Position numbers and translations under genes: made by a program
The notes under the pieces: model-generated
What the model was told of the DNA's origin: nothing
The model's database searches: none
Seen by the model: only the letters and a program-made list of their open reading frames with translations
In this document: piece after piece, positions 13,180 to 25,163 of the stretch
Numbering within the stretch: position 1 is the first letter of the stretch
How the letters are laid out: each line of letters opens with the position of its first letter
DNA from: Bigelowiella natans CCMP2755
Lineage: Eukaryota > Protista > Cercozoa
Direction of reading: 5' to 3'
Assembly: GCA_000320545.1 (NCBI GenBank)
Contig: ADNK01000140.1
Span: 252,003 to 316,002, forward strand
Length of the DNA: 64,000 bases

Positions 13180-14843
13180 TACCGGTTTCGTGACGACGAG
13201 ACGTGCGTTCTTGATGTTCGCTTTCTCAACAAAATTTGCAGAGATTTCATGAATGACCTGGAAAACAAGCTAGATTTACGTGCCATACTTACCAAAATAT
13301 TAATGGGAATCTTAATGGCGATAGCATACTTTGAGTTCCTCTTTTGGAGAATCCAACATCGGTCCTCGTTTCAATACGACCTTGCGAGAGGAGAAGGAAT
13401 GATTGCATCGAATAGATTGACATGCTGCATTTTTTCGTATCTACATATCCACTTGAGAGATTCGGATTTGATAAAACATTACTCGAAGAACATTGTCCGT
13501 ATCTTTCATTTTGGCGAGATTGTCGGTGGAGATCTGGATAGCATCCTTCAAGCCCTTCGGTAGTTTCTGTGAAGGATCCACAGATGCGAATGATCGTATC
13601 CCTAAATGTAGAATTGTTATATGATTGCATGGCGGGCATATCTTCACGACACCAGAACCTGAGGAGCCTCGTAATGAGGTAGGCGAGTGCCTCCTATGAA
13701 ATGTCGTCTGCCTCGGCTGCCCCACGACGTTACGACATCGAGACATAAACGACGAAGGCACAGATCTTCGAGCTGAAGAACTCACAGCCCATGAGAAGAT
13801 TAGGAAGATGGCAAGAGAGGACGACGAGGACGACTGCATACTTCTGCCTGGACGCGGACTAGAGCTGGCCAGTTTCCCGCGACGACCGCTCGCGACAACA
13901 AATCGAGCACCGACAAATAGACCAAGGGTAAATCCGTTACATTTTCGTCCTACGTCAAAGTACTTACGCCGTAAACATCAACTGTGTCTCAAACGAAGAA
14001 AATCATGCAATTCATGTCGGCCGACCACAAGAAATACGACCCGTACTCTTAGCCAGTCGTCAATGCCCGTGATTATGTGCAGGGATTGTAAAGACTCTGG
14101 GGAACGTATCAACATTAAGCCAAACCAAGATCTTCTGGCATTTTCAGCCATATTTCAGCTTGAAAACTTCCTTTACATGTGTACTGGTCCTTATATTTAT
14201 GATTACGACATACTCCAAAAGCTGCTTTTGTGTTTAAACAGATATCAACATTCTTGAGTATTGTGGCAGAGTGGAATTTTGCTCGCATAAGAGCTGCTTA
14301 ACTAAAAGAGCGGACTGGGGGTTTGGGGCCGAGAGATAATTTCGCCCAAAAATATCCAAATTGTATTCAGATTTACTTCAGAAACACCCTTGTTCAATCG
14401 CCGTAGAAAGACTTTTCTTTTTGATCTAATGTAACTTGCCTTCTCAAATGAATACAGGTCATTCAATATTATTAGAGTAAGCCTCAAGCAGGATCGGATC
14501 TCAAAGAAGCTATGTGGCCGTGGGAGGATTTGGAATATAAACGTAAAAATGCAGGGGTTTGGAGTATTTTTTTGGCAATGAAGTTGCCGCAGAAAGTATG
14601 AATGGCCTGTGTTCTGGAGTGATGTAAAGTGGATTTGCGCTTGGGGGTTTTGCTCGATTCAACCAGCGATTTTGCATGACAGAGATAAGAATGCAAAAGA
14701 TGTGCTTAAAGACATCGATCAAATTATGACGTATGTCACAAATCCTATCCTTTTAAGAAATAGATCCGTATTTACTCCCATTTCCAATCTGAAATTTTTC
14801 TGCGTGACTGCAGACTCCAAACCTCGTCTACGTAGAGACCCCC
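13180..14843 (+). CDS. Hypothetical multi-exon protein
   Basis: Exons DSDLIKHYSKNIVRIFHFGEIVGGDLDSILQALR and KYEWPVFWSDVKWICAWGFCSIQPAILHDRDKNAKDVLKDIDQIMT are flanked by splice sites. No family recognised. Confidence 0.45.
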
Positions 14844-15143
14844 ACCTCCCTCTCCTATCCTTCTCACAGCCTATCTCTGTTTGTGATTGAATGAACAAAG
14901 AACATACTGCATGTGCACTATGAGCTTCATGTATTCGAAATTTGAGTTGAATAGGCTACTACCATGTATGTGTTGGATACGCCAATGCAAATACGCGCAA
15001 TGTTCACTCGCTCTATATTTACCTCATCACGTACTAAGATTCTGAATGCTGATCAAACAAAACAATGAAAGATATACAAAACATCGAATTATTGACAGAA
15101 CTTTAAGGTTGAGCTGACCTCTCATGTCTTCCAAATAGGCACC

Positions 15144-16228
15144 ATGAATAAGGAACTCGTCGGAAAGATCTCGCTTGGATCCACTGTTGGCCTTAGCGCC
15201 GTCCTCTGCGGAATGCTTGTCTTTGGCAACAACGGACACGTTGGAGCACCTGTCTCCCGTGGAGTTTCCCGTCCTGCTATGACTCGCATTGCTCGCAACA
15301 CATTGGTCAATGCAGCAAGGAAGGTGATTCGAACAACCTTCCCGAAATTCTTTTTCTAGGAAATAATCATGTTTCATAACATTTAATGAACGCGCTACAA
15401 TAGGCACCTCCTCCACCAAAGAATAACGAGGATCCTCTTTGGCTTCCTAACACCGAACGCCCTGGCTGGCTTGATGGATCCCTCCCTGGAGACCGTGGAT
15501 TCGATCCTCTTGGACTATCAAAGCCTGCTGAATACTTGCAGTTCGACGTTGATCAGCTTGATCAAAACGCTGCTGTGAACAGGGCAGGAAGGGTCATTGG
15601 TCAGTACGACGGAGGAATCGATGAAGTAAACACCGAAAACTCCCTTTCTCCTTATTCTGACATTTTCGGTCTTCGCCGATTCCGTGAGTGCGAACTCATC
15701 CACGGACGTTGGGCTATGCTTGCCACTCTCGGTGCTATCGTTGCTGAGCTTTCCACTGGAGTTCCATGGTAATAGAAAGGAAAAAATATTGATGGATATG
15801 TAAAGTTGGATAACATAAATTTATACTGTAACGGGATGGGAATCATTAGAATAGTTTACGTATGGGTGCTAATTAATTTTCATTTTTAATTTTACAGGGA
15901 CCAAGCTGGAAAGGTTGAGCTTGATGGAGCTCGCTACCTGAACTTTGACCTTCCTTTTACCGTCTCCCAGCTTACCCTTTTGGAGGTTCTCCTCGTCGGT
16001 GGTGCTGAGATCTACCGTAACACCGAGACTGACCTCGACAAGAGACTGTACCCTGGCGGAACATTCGATCCCCTTGGATTTACTACCAAATCCGATGAAC
16101 AGACTATGCGCCTCCGCGAAGCTGAGATCAAGCACGGCCGATTGGCTATGGTAGCAGCATTCGGATGCGGTGTTCAGGCATTCACCACTGGTGAGGGTCT
16201 TATTGAGAACCTTTCCTTCCTTAACTAG
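15144..16228 (+). CDS. LHCB4: Light-harvesting chlorophyll a/b protein CP29 with bipartite targeting leader; exons 15144-15323, 15404-15768, 15898-16228
   Basis: [34 protein letters not shown] (CP29-specific long N-terminal loop), [28 protein letters not shown] and [22 protein letters not shown]; strong high-expression codon bias. Confidence 0.95.
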
Positions 16229-16439
16229 AAGGAGTCCAGTTGGATTAGTTCTAAAATTACGTCTATCGTAGTTTAGTAAGTTGGTTGATACCCTACGCTA
16301 GACATTCCCCGTTGAAATAATGTTGGCAATGTAATCTCAAAACATAGAAGTGAGCATATTCCCTTGGGTGCTGGACGAATGTATGTATTTATTCAGATAC
16401 TTGAGGTCATAAACCAAGTGATTTTCATTTATAACCCCG

Positions 16440-17730
16440 GCTGCCGTTTGCAAGCTGCATCGCACGTTCAAATGCGGTTGGTCATGCAACATCAGAGCAC
16501 GTCTAGATGTGCAGACAACTACAAAATATGCGATGTAAGCAATTCACATCCACTACATGTATCGTCATCTTTTTGGTCATGTGAATGGAGGAAAAACATG
16601 CAAGCATATGCTGCGCGCACGCGCCTCGCTTTTCAATGGATGCAATAGACATACGCATGTGTCATACATGTCATGTGCACTGTAGACATGCGCATGCATT
16701 GTACACATTGTGTGCATCTTATGTGTACTGTGTCCATAGTGGATTCATTGTCTGGGCATGTGACATGTGCAGTCATTGCGTCATTGCTAGCTAGATTGCA
16801 TGAGGGCTTGCTAGCTTGCATGCACATGCACGCAAACTGATGCGATTGCACAGCTAGCTGTTGGCTAACAGACGACAGAAGGACAATGATCGCATCGCCA
16901 CATCGCATGCCAGCACACATGCGAACGTTCGTAGCTCTAGAGCTAGCGATCAATTCGAAGTCGGCACAATTGCACATCATCATTGGCTTCGCTAGCTTCG
17001 TGCCATCAGCATTCCAGCACAATTGCGCAATGTCACAGTCACCTTTGTCTTTGTTTTCCAGTCATCCTCCTCGCAGTGCTGCAGACTTGTCTTCATTTTG
17101 GATTTGCTGTGAAGCACGAGGTGGTTTCTAGGAAAGTGCAAGCGAGCAAGCAAACACAAGGAAGCATCGCACTGCTTGCGTGTGTGTGCAATGCAAGGCA
17201 GGAAGAAAAGAAAGAATCAAGAAGCGAACAATGAAAAATGAACAACAATGAAAAATGAAACAATGAACAATGAACAATGAACAATGAACAAAGCGTTGAT
17301 CAAATCTACATGCGCCAGAACCACTTGGGAGACAGGCGTTTGCATGCAGCAGAGCCTCAACAACACTCGTTGCAAGGACTTGTCAGCACCCTGTTGGTGA
17401 TCAATGGCTCTAATTGCAACTGGATCGTGGAAACACGTTGCAATTGCTACAACTGGGCCTGCAAATTGTGTAGCCGTCAATTGGTCCGTTGGAGTGGAGT
17501 CAATCAGCAAGAACAGCTGCCTCGAACTTGATTCTCAAAGGTGCTGTTTCATGTGCCCCAAAGCGCACATTGTTGCAATGCATCGATTTTTTCATGTCAG
17601 ATGTTGCTTCTCCTTCCGACTTTGCAAACGGTGAAGGTCAGTTTTTCCACCGGGATGCCATGGGCAAGAGGAGATGTGCAACAATGAAACAATGATGAAC
17701 AATGAACAATGAACAATGATGATGAACTAC
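16440..17730. other. CTAG/TGCA/CATG-rich 3'-end spacer S4 (longest), containing (AATGAAC)n arrays
   Basis: catacgcatgtgtcatacatgtcatgtgcac and gctagctagattgcatg; follows the CP29 stop. Confidence 0.75.
17227..17290 (+). repeat. (AATGAAC)n heptamer tandem array; second array at 17680-17726
   Basis: aatgaacaatgaacaatgaacaatgaac is seen directly at both sites. Confidence 0.85.
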
Positions 17731-17938
17731 TGCATTTCCAAAATGTTGCAAGTTCTGAATCATTTTGAAGTTGTCATCATTAAGTACAATAATTCCGTGA
17801 CATTTTCATCCTGCGACAAGTAAAATATAACGCCCTTTTCTTGCAACATCTCTATCTATCCGACGGAACGGAACGCTCAACAAGAACCATGCCGCATGCC
17901 CCCTAGACAGCAATAGAACTTCAGACCCATCTTAGCCG

Positions 17939-19186
17939 ATGCAGTTGCATCCTATTGTCGCTCGTACACGATGCGTTCTTGTGCATCAACATCGTAAGAA
18001 CTGCCGACATTCCATCAACTCGAGGCTGTTGCCAGTTGTGTTTGCAATGACGATCGTCAATTCAGCCCCCCCTAGGAGAATGCTTAGGTAGCTAAACAAA
18101 GAAGAAGGGGAATGCATACCTTTACCAGAACTCGAACATCGGAAAATCTTACGTGAACATATCTTCCATTTTGTGCTCCTATCCGTTGGTTTCAGCATTA
18201 GAGAATGTATCAAAGTAAGGAGCGGGCATCATACCAACGGAGATGAGGGTTACATGAACACCTTAGGGATTCTAGGCAGATGCTGATAACAACTCAACTA
18301 TCGTCATTTACACATAAACTAGCACAAATTCCGTGGGATAAGGATACGCCCTTACTCGTCGTTGTATCGAGGTACGGGGAGGACGTCGACTGGATTAACG
18401 GGGTGCTCGGTCATTTCTCTCTTCTGTAATCGTGCGTTCATCACCGTCCTGCGCTATATGTCCCGCCTTCACTCCCATACTCTCTCATTCCTAAACAAGG
18501 TTAAGCATCCTTGCATCGTCTACGAGAAGGAAACGGAATCTGCTCGGTTTAATACTCCAAAGAACAAAGCTAAAGAAGCCTCCAGCTACCTGCAATTCCT
18601 GAGTGATCATTACCATAAGTAGTTTCCAATACAAACTACCTCTTTCAATGAATGCAAATGGTCATATCTCAACGACTGAAGTACCATTGCCCTTAATGTT
18701 ATCAGCTTACCGCAGCATGTCGCTTTCACCCATGGAAGTAACACAAGCTGGTATTTATTTGTCTCCTTATTTGTCATGTACAACCAATGGCTCTCCTATA
18801 CAGTATAAAGCTAACAACGTGAATATACACATACACATTTTATATGTAAATTGTTTAAAGTGGGCGTGTGTCGAGTCTACTTGATATACACGACAAACAT
18901 TCTGCTCAGTGGTAGGTCTCCTCATCTCCGACTGCTACATATATAGGCATCATAGAGGCTATTTACGCAACAAGCTCAACATGGCGTCATTGCCGATGAC
19001 AGAATCATATCGCAGCTTGAACCGCAATCGGTTGAATAGGTAGAGCGGATAAAACCCAACATCACAACCAAAATGACAATGTGGTGGAACAATCTTGGAA
19101 TGGTTATGACCGAGGTTTTTGTTGTGGTACCATTTATTCCGTTAAAGTTGTCTATCACGCAATAAGTGTCCTCTATAATAGAGTGA

Positions 19187-19235
<49 letters not shown>

Positions 19236-19988
19236 GAAGCAGTTCATTATCAATCACACCTTCTTCTTCCCCCTAACCTTCAGCATCGTGAAACATCCAC
19301 AGCATTTCATGCCACATCTACCAATGTACTGGTCTGAGGTCGGAAGTAAAAGAGCATAACGAGCTTGTTCTCTACTGCTGTGTGAATTTTGTCCCCATCG
19401 TTGTTGCTGTAGTCTACCCTATCACTAACTTGATTGGGTGATGATAGGTGCTGGAGAAGTACTTTGGTCCTCTGGAGACACACGGTGACTTCACCATAGG
19501 CTACCGCGGCTCTGCCCAGGTAATGTAAAACAACAACACGTCGAGTGAAACGTCCTAGACGATATGCTTATTATAATCATAAGAAACAATCATGCGAACG
19601 CTGTCGATCCTCCCCCTCCTTTACGCCATTATCAGTTTCTCGTTCCACGTTCCGTGATTCAGTCAAGGCCTCGTCGTCTTTACGAGGAGCTGTACAATTG
19701 GACGATGACGACCCCTATGGAAGACTTCTGGTAACTTTCCATCATCGCATCCCCCGCCAGGCACTCCATTGTACAATTAGAGGGTGTCAAAGAGGGAGAA
19801 AAACATTTTAATAGTTTTGTTTCTTGGCTTCTAGTACCGTGATATACCAATCCCCAAGGATTTCTAACCTTTTTTTGTACTCTGTGCATCACGTTCGGTT
19901 CTGTAGGTCCTCACGGATGTTGGAATACACTTGGCACGTTCTTTTTGACATTGACAAATTTCCTCTTCTTCCAACCGCTCCAAAATAG
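17939..19988 (+). CDS. DUF3431-family protein (multi-exon)
   Basis: LLVVVSRYGEDVDWI, IVYEK...NKAKEASSYLQFLSDHYHKLPQHVAFTHG, SAQFLVPRSVIQSRPRRLYEELYNW and SRMLEYTWHVLF match the DUF3431 pattern. Start uncertain; stop at 19988. Confidence 0.8.
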
Positions 19989-19999
19989 AAGTGCGGCGA

Positions 20000-20620
20000 C
20001 GTCTGCGTTTGGTGCATGTAGCTAGTGTTTCGGCTATGTACATGAAACATGATGAACATTCCACAGAAAGAGACAAGATACATGCATGTCAACGTGTGAA
20101 CAGTCACCCACAGATATATGCATGGCGCAGTGCGTAGCATATATGAGACAGATGTTATGAATGAGTTAAATGTGTTCAACTTTCATCCTAATGTAGCTGC
20201 AAAGCTAGAAAGCCACAGCGCTTAAATGGCATATGGATTTTTACATAGTCAAGCAATATAATTGTAATTGCACACGAACAACAGCACAATGAAACACTAG
20301 ATGTAGTGGCCGGGGGTTACATGAAGCAAATAATGCTTCTTATTTTTTACTTGAGCTATTATTCATCCTCGCTCATGCATGTGCAGAGCATTGCGCTACT
20401 ACATTAGGCCATGCTAGCATGCGTGCCACTGCAAGAAAGCAGCTTCCACCAACAAGCCACAATTTATTTTACTTTTGTTACTCAGGAGGATAACTATTCT
20501 TCGTACTTTCTATGTATGCATGCTACTACCAAAGCGGGTGAAAAAAATCATTTAGATCTTAATGCATAGCTCTAACTACAGACGGATAATCGATGACTGA
20601 CGATGCAAGGTAAACATGCA
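20000..20620. other. CTAG/TGCA/CATG-rich 3'-end spacer S5
   Basis: tgcatgtagctagtg and catgctagcatgcg; lies between convergent stops at 19988 and 20638. Confidence 0.65.
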
Positions 20621-20637
20621 TGAGAGGCCTATTGTTA

Positions 20638-21461
20638 CTACTTATTTTGGGAGGAAGATACAAATTCATGTATCAGTGGATTGACCAGCTGGGGAGCCTC
20701 GTCCATCGGACAATGCCCGACGCCAGGAAGCGTTATAAACTTTTCGATGTTCTTTAGACCCCCAAACGTGCGACGGCCCATCTGTTGAATATATCATGTT
20801 ATGAGCTGTATTTTGCCATAACAACGAGTGTAACCAAAATGCTAAAATAGGGAAGACTAGAAATCATGCCCATAGGAACGTGCTAAAAGAATATATCCCT
20901 GAATAGATCTAGCTGGATCATACTGAATACAACCAGCTGCAACTCGAAGAAGCAAAATTTCAATGTTACTATGATTATCGCTCAGCCATACGACCTCAAG
21001 AGGCTCCCAGGGGTCTTCCTCTCCCCAAACGATTTGAACTGGGCATTTGAGCTGTGGTATGAGCTCCTCTGGAAGCGGCCCTCCCGAATACGAAATAAAG
21101 TCAAGAAAGACGTCAACTGCTCCTGGCAGCAGGCCCTACATGTTTTTATTCGTTTTGATAAGTTATCAAGTGGAGAAGGAGGAGTAGGAGGAAGGGGAGA
21201 CGTAATGCCGTGGTTGGATGAATGCGTAATTATCGTAGCAAGGCAGATAGAAGAAAGAGTATGAGGCCCCTCACCATGCTTATTGTTCAACAACAATAGG
21301 AGCTATTATGCACTACCGGATTGAGGATAAAGTTTACAAGCTCGTCTGTAACTTGGGCTTTATCATGGTAGGCCTGCTCCAATACGCTGCGTACACCCTT
21401 AGGAGTTGCAACTTGACCGAAAAACCATCGTCCCTTTCAGGATTGCCATTCGTAAGAGATG

Positions 21462-21502
<41 letters not shown>

Positions 21503-21721
21503 CATATAATATGTTAATATGTATATGTTTTTATACGGACAGAAGACGCGATAAGTATGGCAGTATCCTTCCATAAAAGTCACGATCGCGTACACAGTTT
21601 ACTTTTCTCTGTTGTCGTGGGGGATGTATTATTATACACACCACCAGCACGATCACCACCACCAAGCCTATCTACTGCTACTTCCATCACTACTGATACT
21701 TACAGCGACTAAATACTACTA

Positions 21722-21754
<33 letters not shown>

Positions 21755-23054
21755 ATACTAATACTACTACTACTGCTGCTACCAGCTGTGTTTCCCTGAG
21801 TGTTGTCTGCAGCAAAGAAGTGAGTGGGCGTTGCAAGAACGGTTGCTTCGACCAATGAAGGAGCCTTAAGCTGGGATCGAGCAGCATCACTCCAGCGGTA
21901 GAATCAGGTTCTAGTACAGCGGCCTAATGTAAGGAATAGGAGAAAATGAGAGAAATAGTGAGAGAGAGAGAGAGAGAAGAGAGAGAGAGGGAGGGAGAGA
22001 GAGAGAGCACATGCGAGTAGAGTAACAACATTTATTGATGGTCGGAGTCAGAGGGATCTTCTATAATGCACAAAACCTGAAGGCCTGCGACGCTGCCAAC
22101 ACTGTTACAAATGTAGTAGACCTAATCAATAGTACATTAACGGTAGTAGTTGTAGTAGCTATGTATGAGCTGAGTAAAGGTAATCAGAGAGAGAAGTAAT
22201 ATTACCTTCCGCCCTTCGCCTACTCCAGCAACCTCCTTGGAAAAGGCGCGTAGTTGCTCGCCCCACGTCTCGAATGTATAGCTAAGCAAAGATTGAAAAA
22301 TATCTTGCGGTGATTGATTGCAATGACATTGATCTTTGAGAGGGAGAGGGAGAGAGAGGAGTACGGATTTCAGTGTGAGGTTAGCGAATATAAATTAGTT
22401 TCGAATAGCGTTATACATTTGCTCAGGGCTGGGGTACGCAGCTGGAGGTGTTGGCTTGGCAGAAAAACCGTATCCAAGCAAATCTATCGCGTATGTATCA
22501 GCGTATTTGCTGACCTGAATTACATCATTATCATTATTAACATCATTTGATCATTTCAGTGGCGACGGTGTTCGTAATGATTCAGATTCTTTGAATTGAA
22601 TTTTTGCAATATTTAAAAGAATGAGGATATTGACCTCTGGAATGTTTTTCCTCCAATGGTCTGCATTTCCACCAAATCCATGCACGAGAATCACAACTGG
22701 ATCGTCCTTAGAGACCAGGGAGCTGGGTGCTTTCGCTTCCTGGTACCGAATGGAGTGCCCTCGCCAATCCCAGAACTTCCCCTCCATTCCTGGCTGTTGT
22801 AGGGTTTGGGTCGGCTCCAAGAGATCTTTCGAGGATCCCGTTTCGGCCTTTGCACGCCGTACCAAGGATGATGATGATGATGAACCAGTGTTATGGCGAA
22901 GAAGCGTACGCTCCCTTGCCCGCTTGAGAAACCTGGTATTACCACCACGGCGGATCTGTAGTAGTCGAGATGAAGTGGACGCACCGTTTACTTCGCCTAG
23001 AAGGACAGCAAATACCAACGCTGTCGCAGCAGTAGGCATGACATCTCTCATCAT
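20638..23054 (-). CDS. Plastid-targeted alpha/beta-fold hydrolase (pheophytinase-like family)
   Basis: Signal peptide plus Arg-rich transit peptide; WDWRGHSIRY, ILVHGFGGNADHWRKNI, YAIDLLGYGFSAKP, YTFETWGEQL, nucleophile elbow CNSVG, FLDFISYSGGPLPEEL, WGEEDPWEP and GVGHCPMDEAP. Confidence 0.9.
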
Positions 23055-23330
23055 TGATTAGGGGGAGGAGCACAGCGGAAGTGTATTGTTTGTGGTGCAG
23101 GAGACGTCGACAGCTGTCGGGCAAGCTGGTACATTTATGTCGCACATTGAAAATGGCCTATGTTACTCGATAATATCCTTGTTGCGAATAGATGGTATAA
23201 AATAAAGGGGTTTTTGCAGCTGCGACATGCTTGTATTGCTTGTCGCAATGAGGAGCATGTCTCAGAGACAGAACCAAAAACAAGGACCGCCGGAGGAGGA
23301 GGAACCTATCCCCGCCCCGTCTGCTTCAGC

Positions 23331-24135
23331 ATGAACGTGATAAGGGAAATTCAGCGCATCAACGAACGGGAGTTGGAAGAAGGAATACAAGAGGAGGGCT
23401 CATGGCACCAAAAGTATAGAGATTCTGCATACGTGTTCGTTGGCGGCTTGGATTACGATCTCACGGAGGGGGATGTGATCACAATCATGTCCCAGTACGG
23501 GGAAGTCGTCGATTGCAACTTGGTGAGAGACAAAGAAAAGGGAACATCGCGTGGATTTGCTTTTATTGCGTATGAGGATCAGCGCAGCACTATTCTTGCT
23601 GTGGACAACATGAATGGCGCAAAGCTGTTTGACCGGACTCTTCGGTGTGATCACGTCCTCGAATACCGCAGGCCAAAGAAGAAGAAGAAGGAAGGAGAAA
23701 ATTTAGACGAGAAGGATCAGGGTGGCGATGAATCCGATGAGACGTACGAGGAACGACGAAAAAGAATATGGGACTATGAAAAGTACAACGCACAGGCTGT
23801 TACGGCTCGTCCTGTGCAGGCTTCAAAAGCTAGAGAGGAAAGCCAGCAAGAACAAAATCGGAAGAGTAAGATCATGGCAATTCTAGAGAGTAAAAAACGA
23901 ATGTGGAAGGCTAGGCGGATGGCTCAAGCAGCTGAAGAGGAATGTGGGGGGGGCAAGAAAATTTGGGGAGGGGAAGACATGCGGCGTCAAAGAGAGCAAG
24001 GACGTAGTAAACGGGAAGAAGGCAGAATGGACAGAGGTAGAGGAAGAGATCGGAATAGAGATAGAGACGAAATTAGAGGAGGAGGAGATCGCCGCGACAG
24101 GTCGAATAAGAAACATAAGAAAAAAAAAGAGAAGA

Positions 24136-24167
<32 letters not shown>

Positions 24168-24239
24168 CACAGTCGAGGCGACTCTCGGGACCGCTTAGAA
24201 TCGAGACGTAAAAGACGAAGACGATCTGACAGCAGATGA
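23331..24239 (+). CDS. RBMX2: RES-complex RRM protein RBMX2/Snu17(Ist3), intronless
   Basis: MNVIREIQRINEREL...SWHQKYRDSAYVFVGGLDYDLTEGDVITIMSQYGEVVDCNLVRDKEKGTSRGFAFIAYEDQRSTILAVDNMNG..RCDHV, with an RD/K-rich tail. First ATG of the conserved N-terminus is at 23331. Confidence 0.93.
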
Positions 24240-24309
24240 TCATTATGATTTTATTTCATAAGACATGCTTATCTATTACCTTTCAAACACAGTGGTGGTA
24301 GAAGTAAAC

Positions 24310-25160
24310 ACAAATCTAGAAACATATGTGTGCGCATTCGCTCAATATGGCATTGTATGTCACCCTGCTGTCCCTGCTAGTTTAGCTACGCACTCGTATG
24401 GCATGTTTGATGAGTGCAACCGAGGTTGAGTGTGCCCACACATACATATGTGAATTGTTAGATTCACTGCTGGGTGGCATGTGTTAAAAGGTATGTTGCT
24501 TGCTATGCGGCGTGGACACATATCATGTGGAGCGCTCAAACTAGATCATGCATGCATGCTAACATTGCCCAAACACATATAGCCCCATCGCATGTTATAG
24601 TAGCAATAGTCATCATTATGCGTACGTTCGTTGCTGCCACAGCTAGCACAGCACGAGCGACTTGCTAGCTTGCTGGTTTCACCAGTCGATCAGCTTGATC
24701 AGATTTCGCAGTCATGCGATATTATAGCTAGCTAGATCGGCTCGGCATCATCAGATTTCGTCGCCGCAATTAGATTACGGCGGCACAATCCGATTGTGCA
24801 AGAACACACAACGCTGGCGTGATCAGATTGCAGATTGCGGCGGACAACATTAAATTGGACGTAATCTGATTACCCAACGATGATTGCCGCCATGCGCTCG
24901 TTGCGTCTGACATGCAATGGCGGCACGCAAACACTCCGAGCCTGCCATGAGCCAACACAATGCACTAAATGCAGCGCAGTAGTCTAAGCCTCTCAGACTC
25001 ATTTGTGCGCAGAAGGCCCCAATGTGTGCAACAATATATTTGCCTAAGTACACATAAGATATTATGACTAGCTAGGTGGCATGCACTGATGGCGACTGCG
25101 TGGCTCTGCTTTCGATTCAAGCTGTCATGGGCTGTTTTCACAGACTTATGTAACAGCATG
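24310..25160. other. CTAG/TGCA/CATG-rich 3'-end spacer S6
   Basis: ctagatcatgcatgcatgct and tagctagctagatc; lies between convergent stops at 24239 and 25164. Confidence 0.75.
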
Positions 25161-25163
25161 TAT

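Noticed and set aside
17645-17656. 12-mer ttccaccgggat shared with 31160-31171
   Set aside because: A single short match without convincing collinear flanks; compatible with chance.
16364-17695. Multiple C/H/M/A-rich ORFs in spacer S4 (and similar ones in other spacers)
   Set aside because: By-products of TGCA/CATG-rich composition; no domain, splice structure or codon bias.
23160-23330. N-terminal extension of RBMX2 in the ORF track
   Set aside because: The conserved protein begins at MNVIREI (23331); the upstream stretch overlaps the short divergent promoter.
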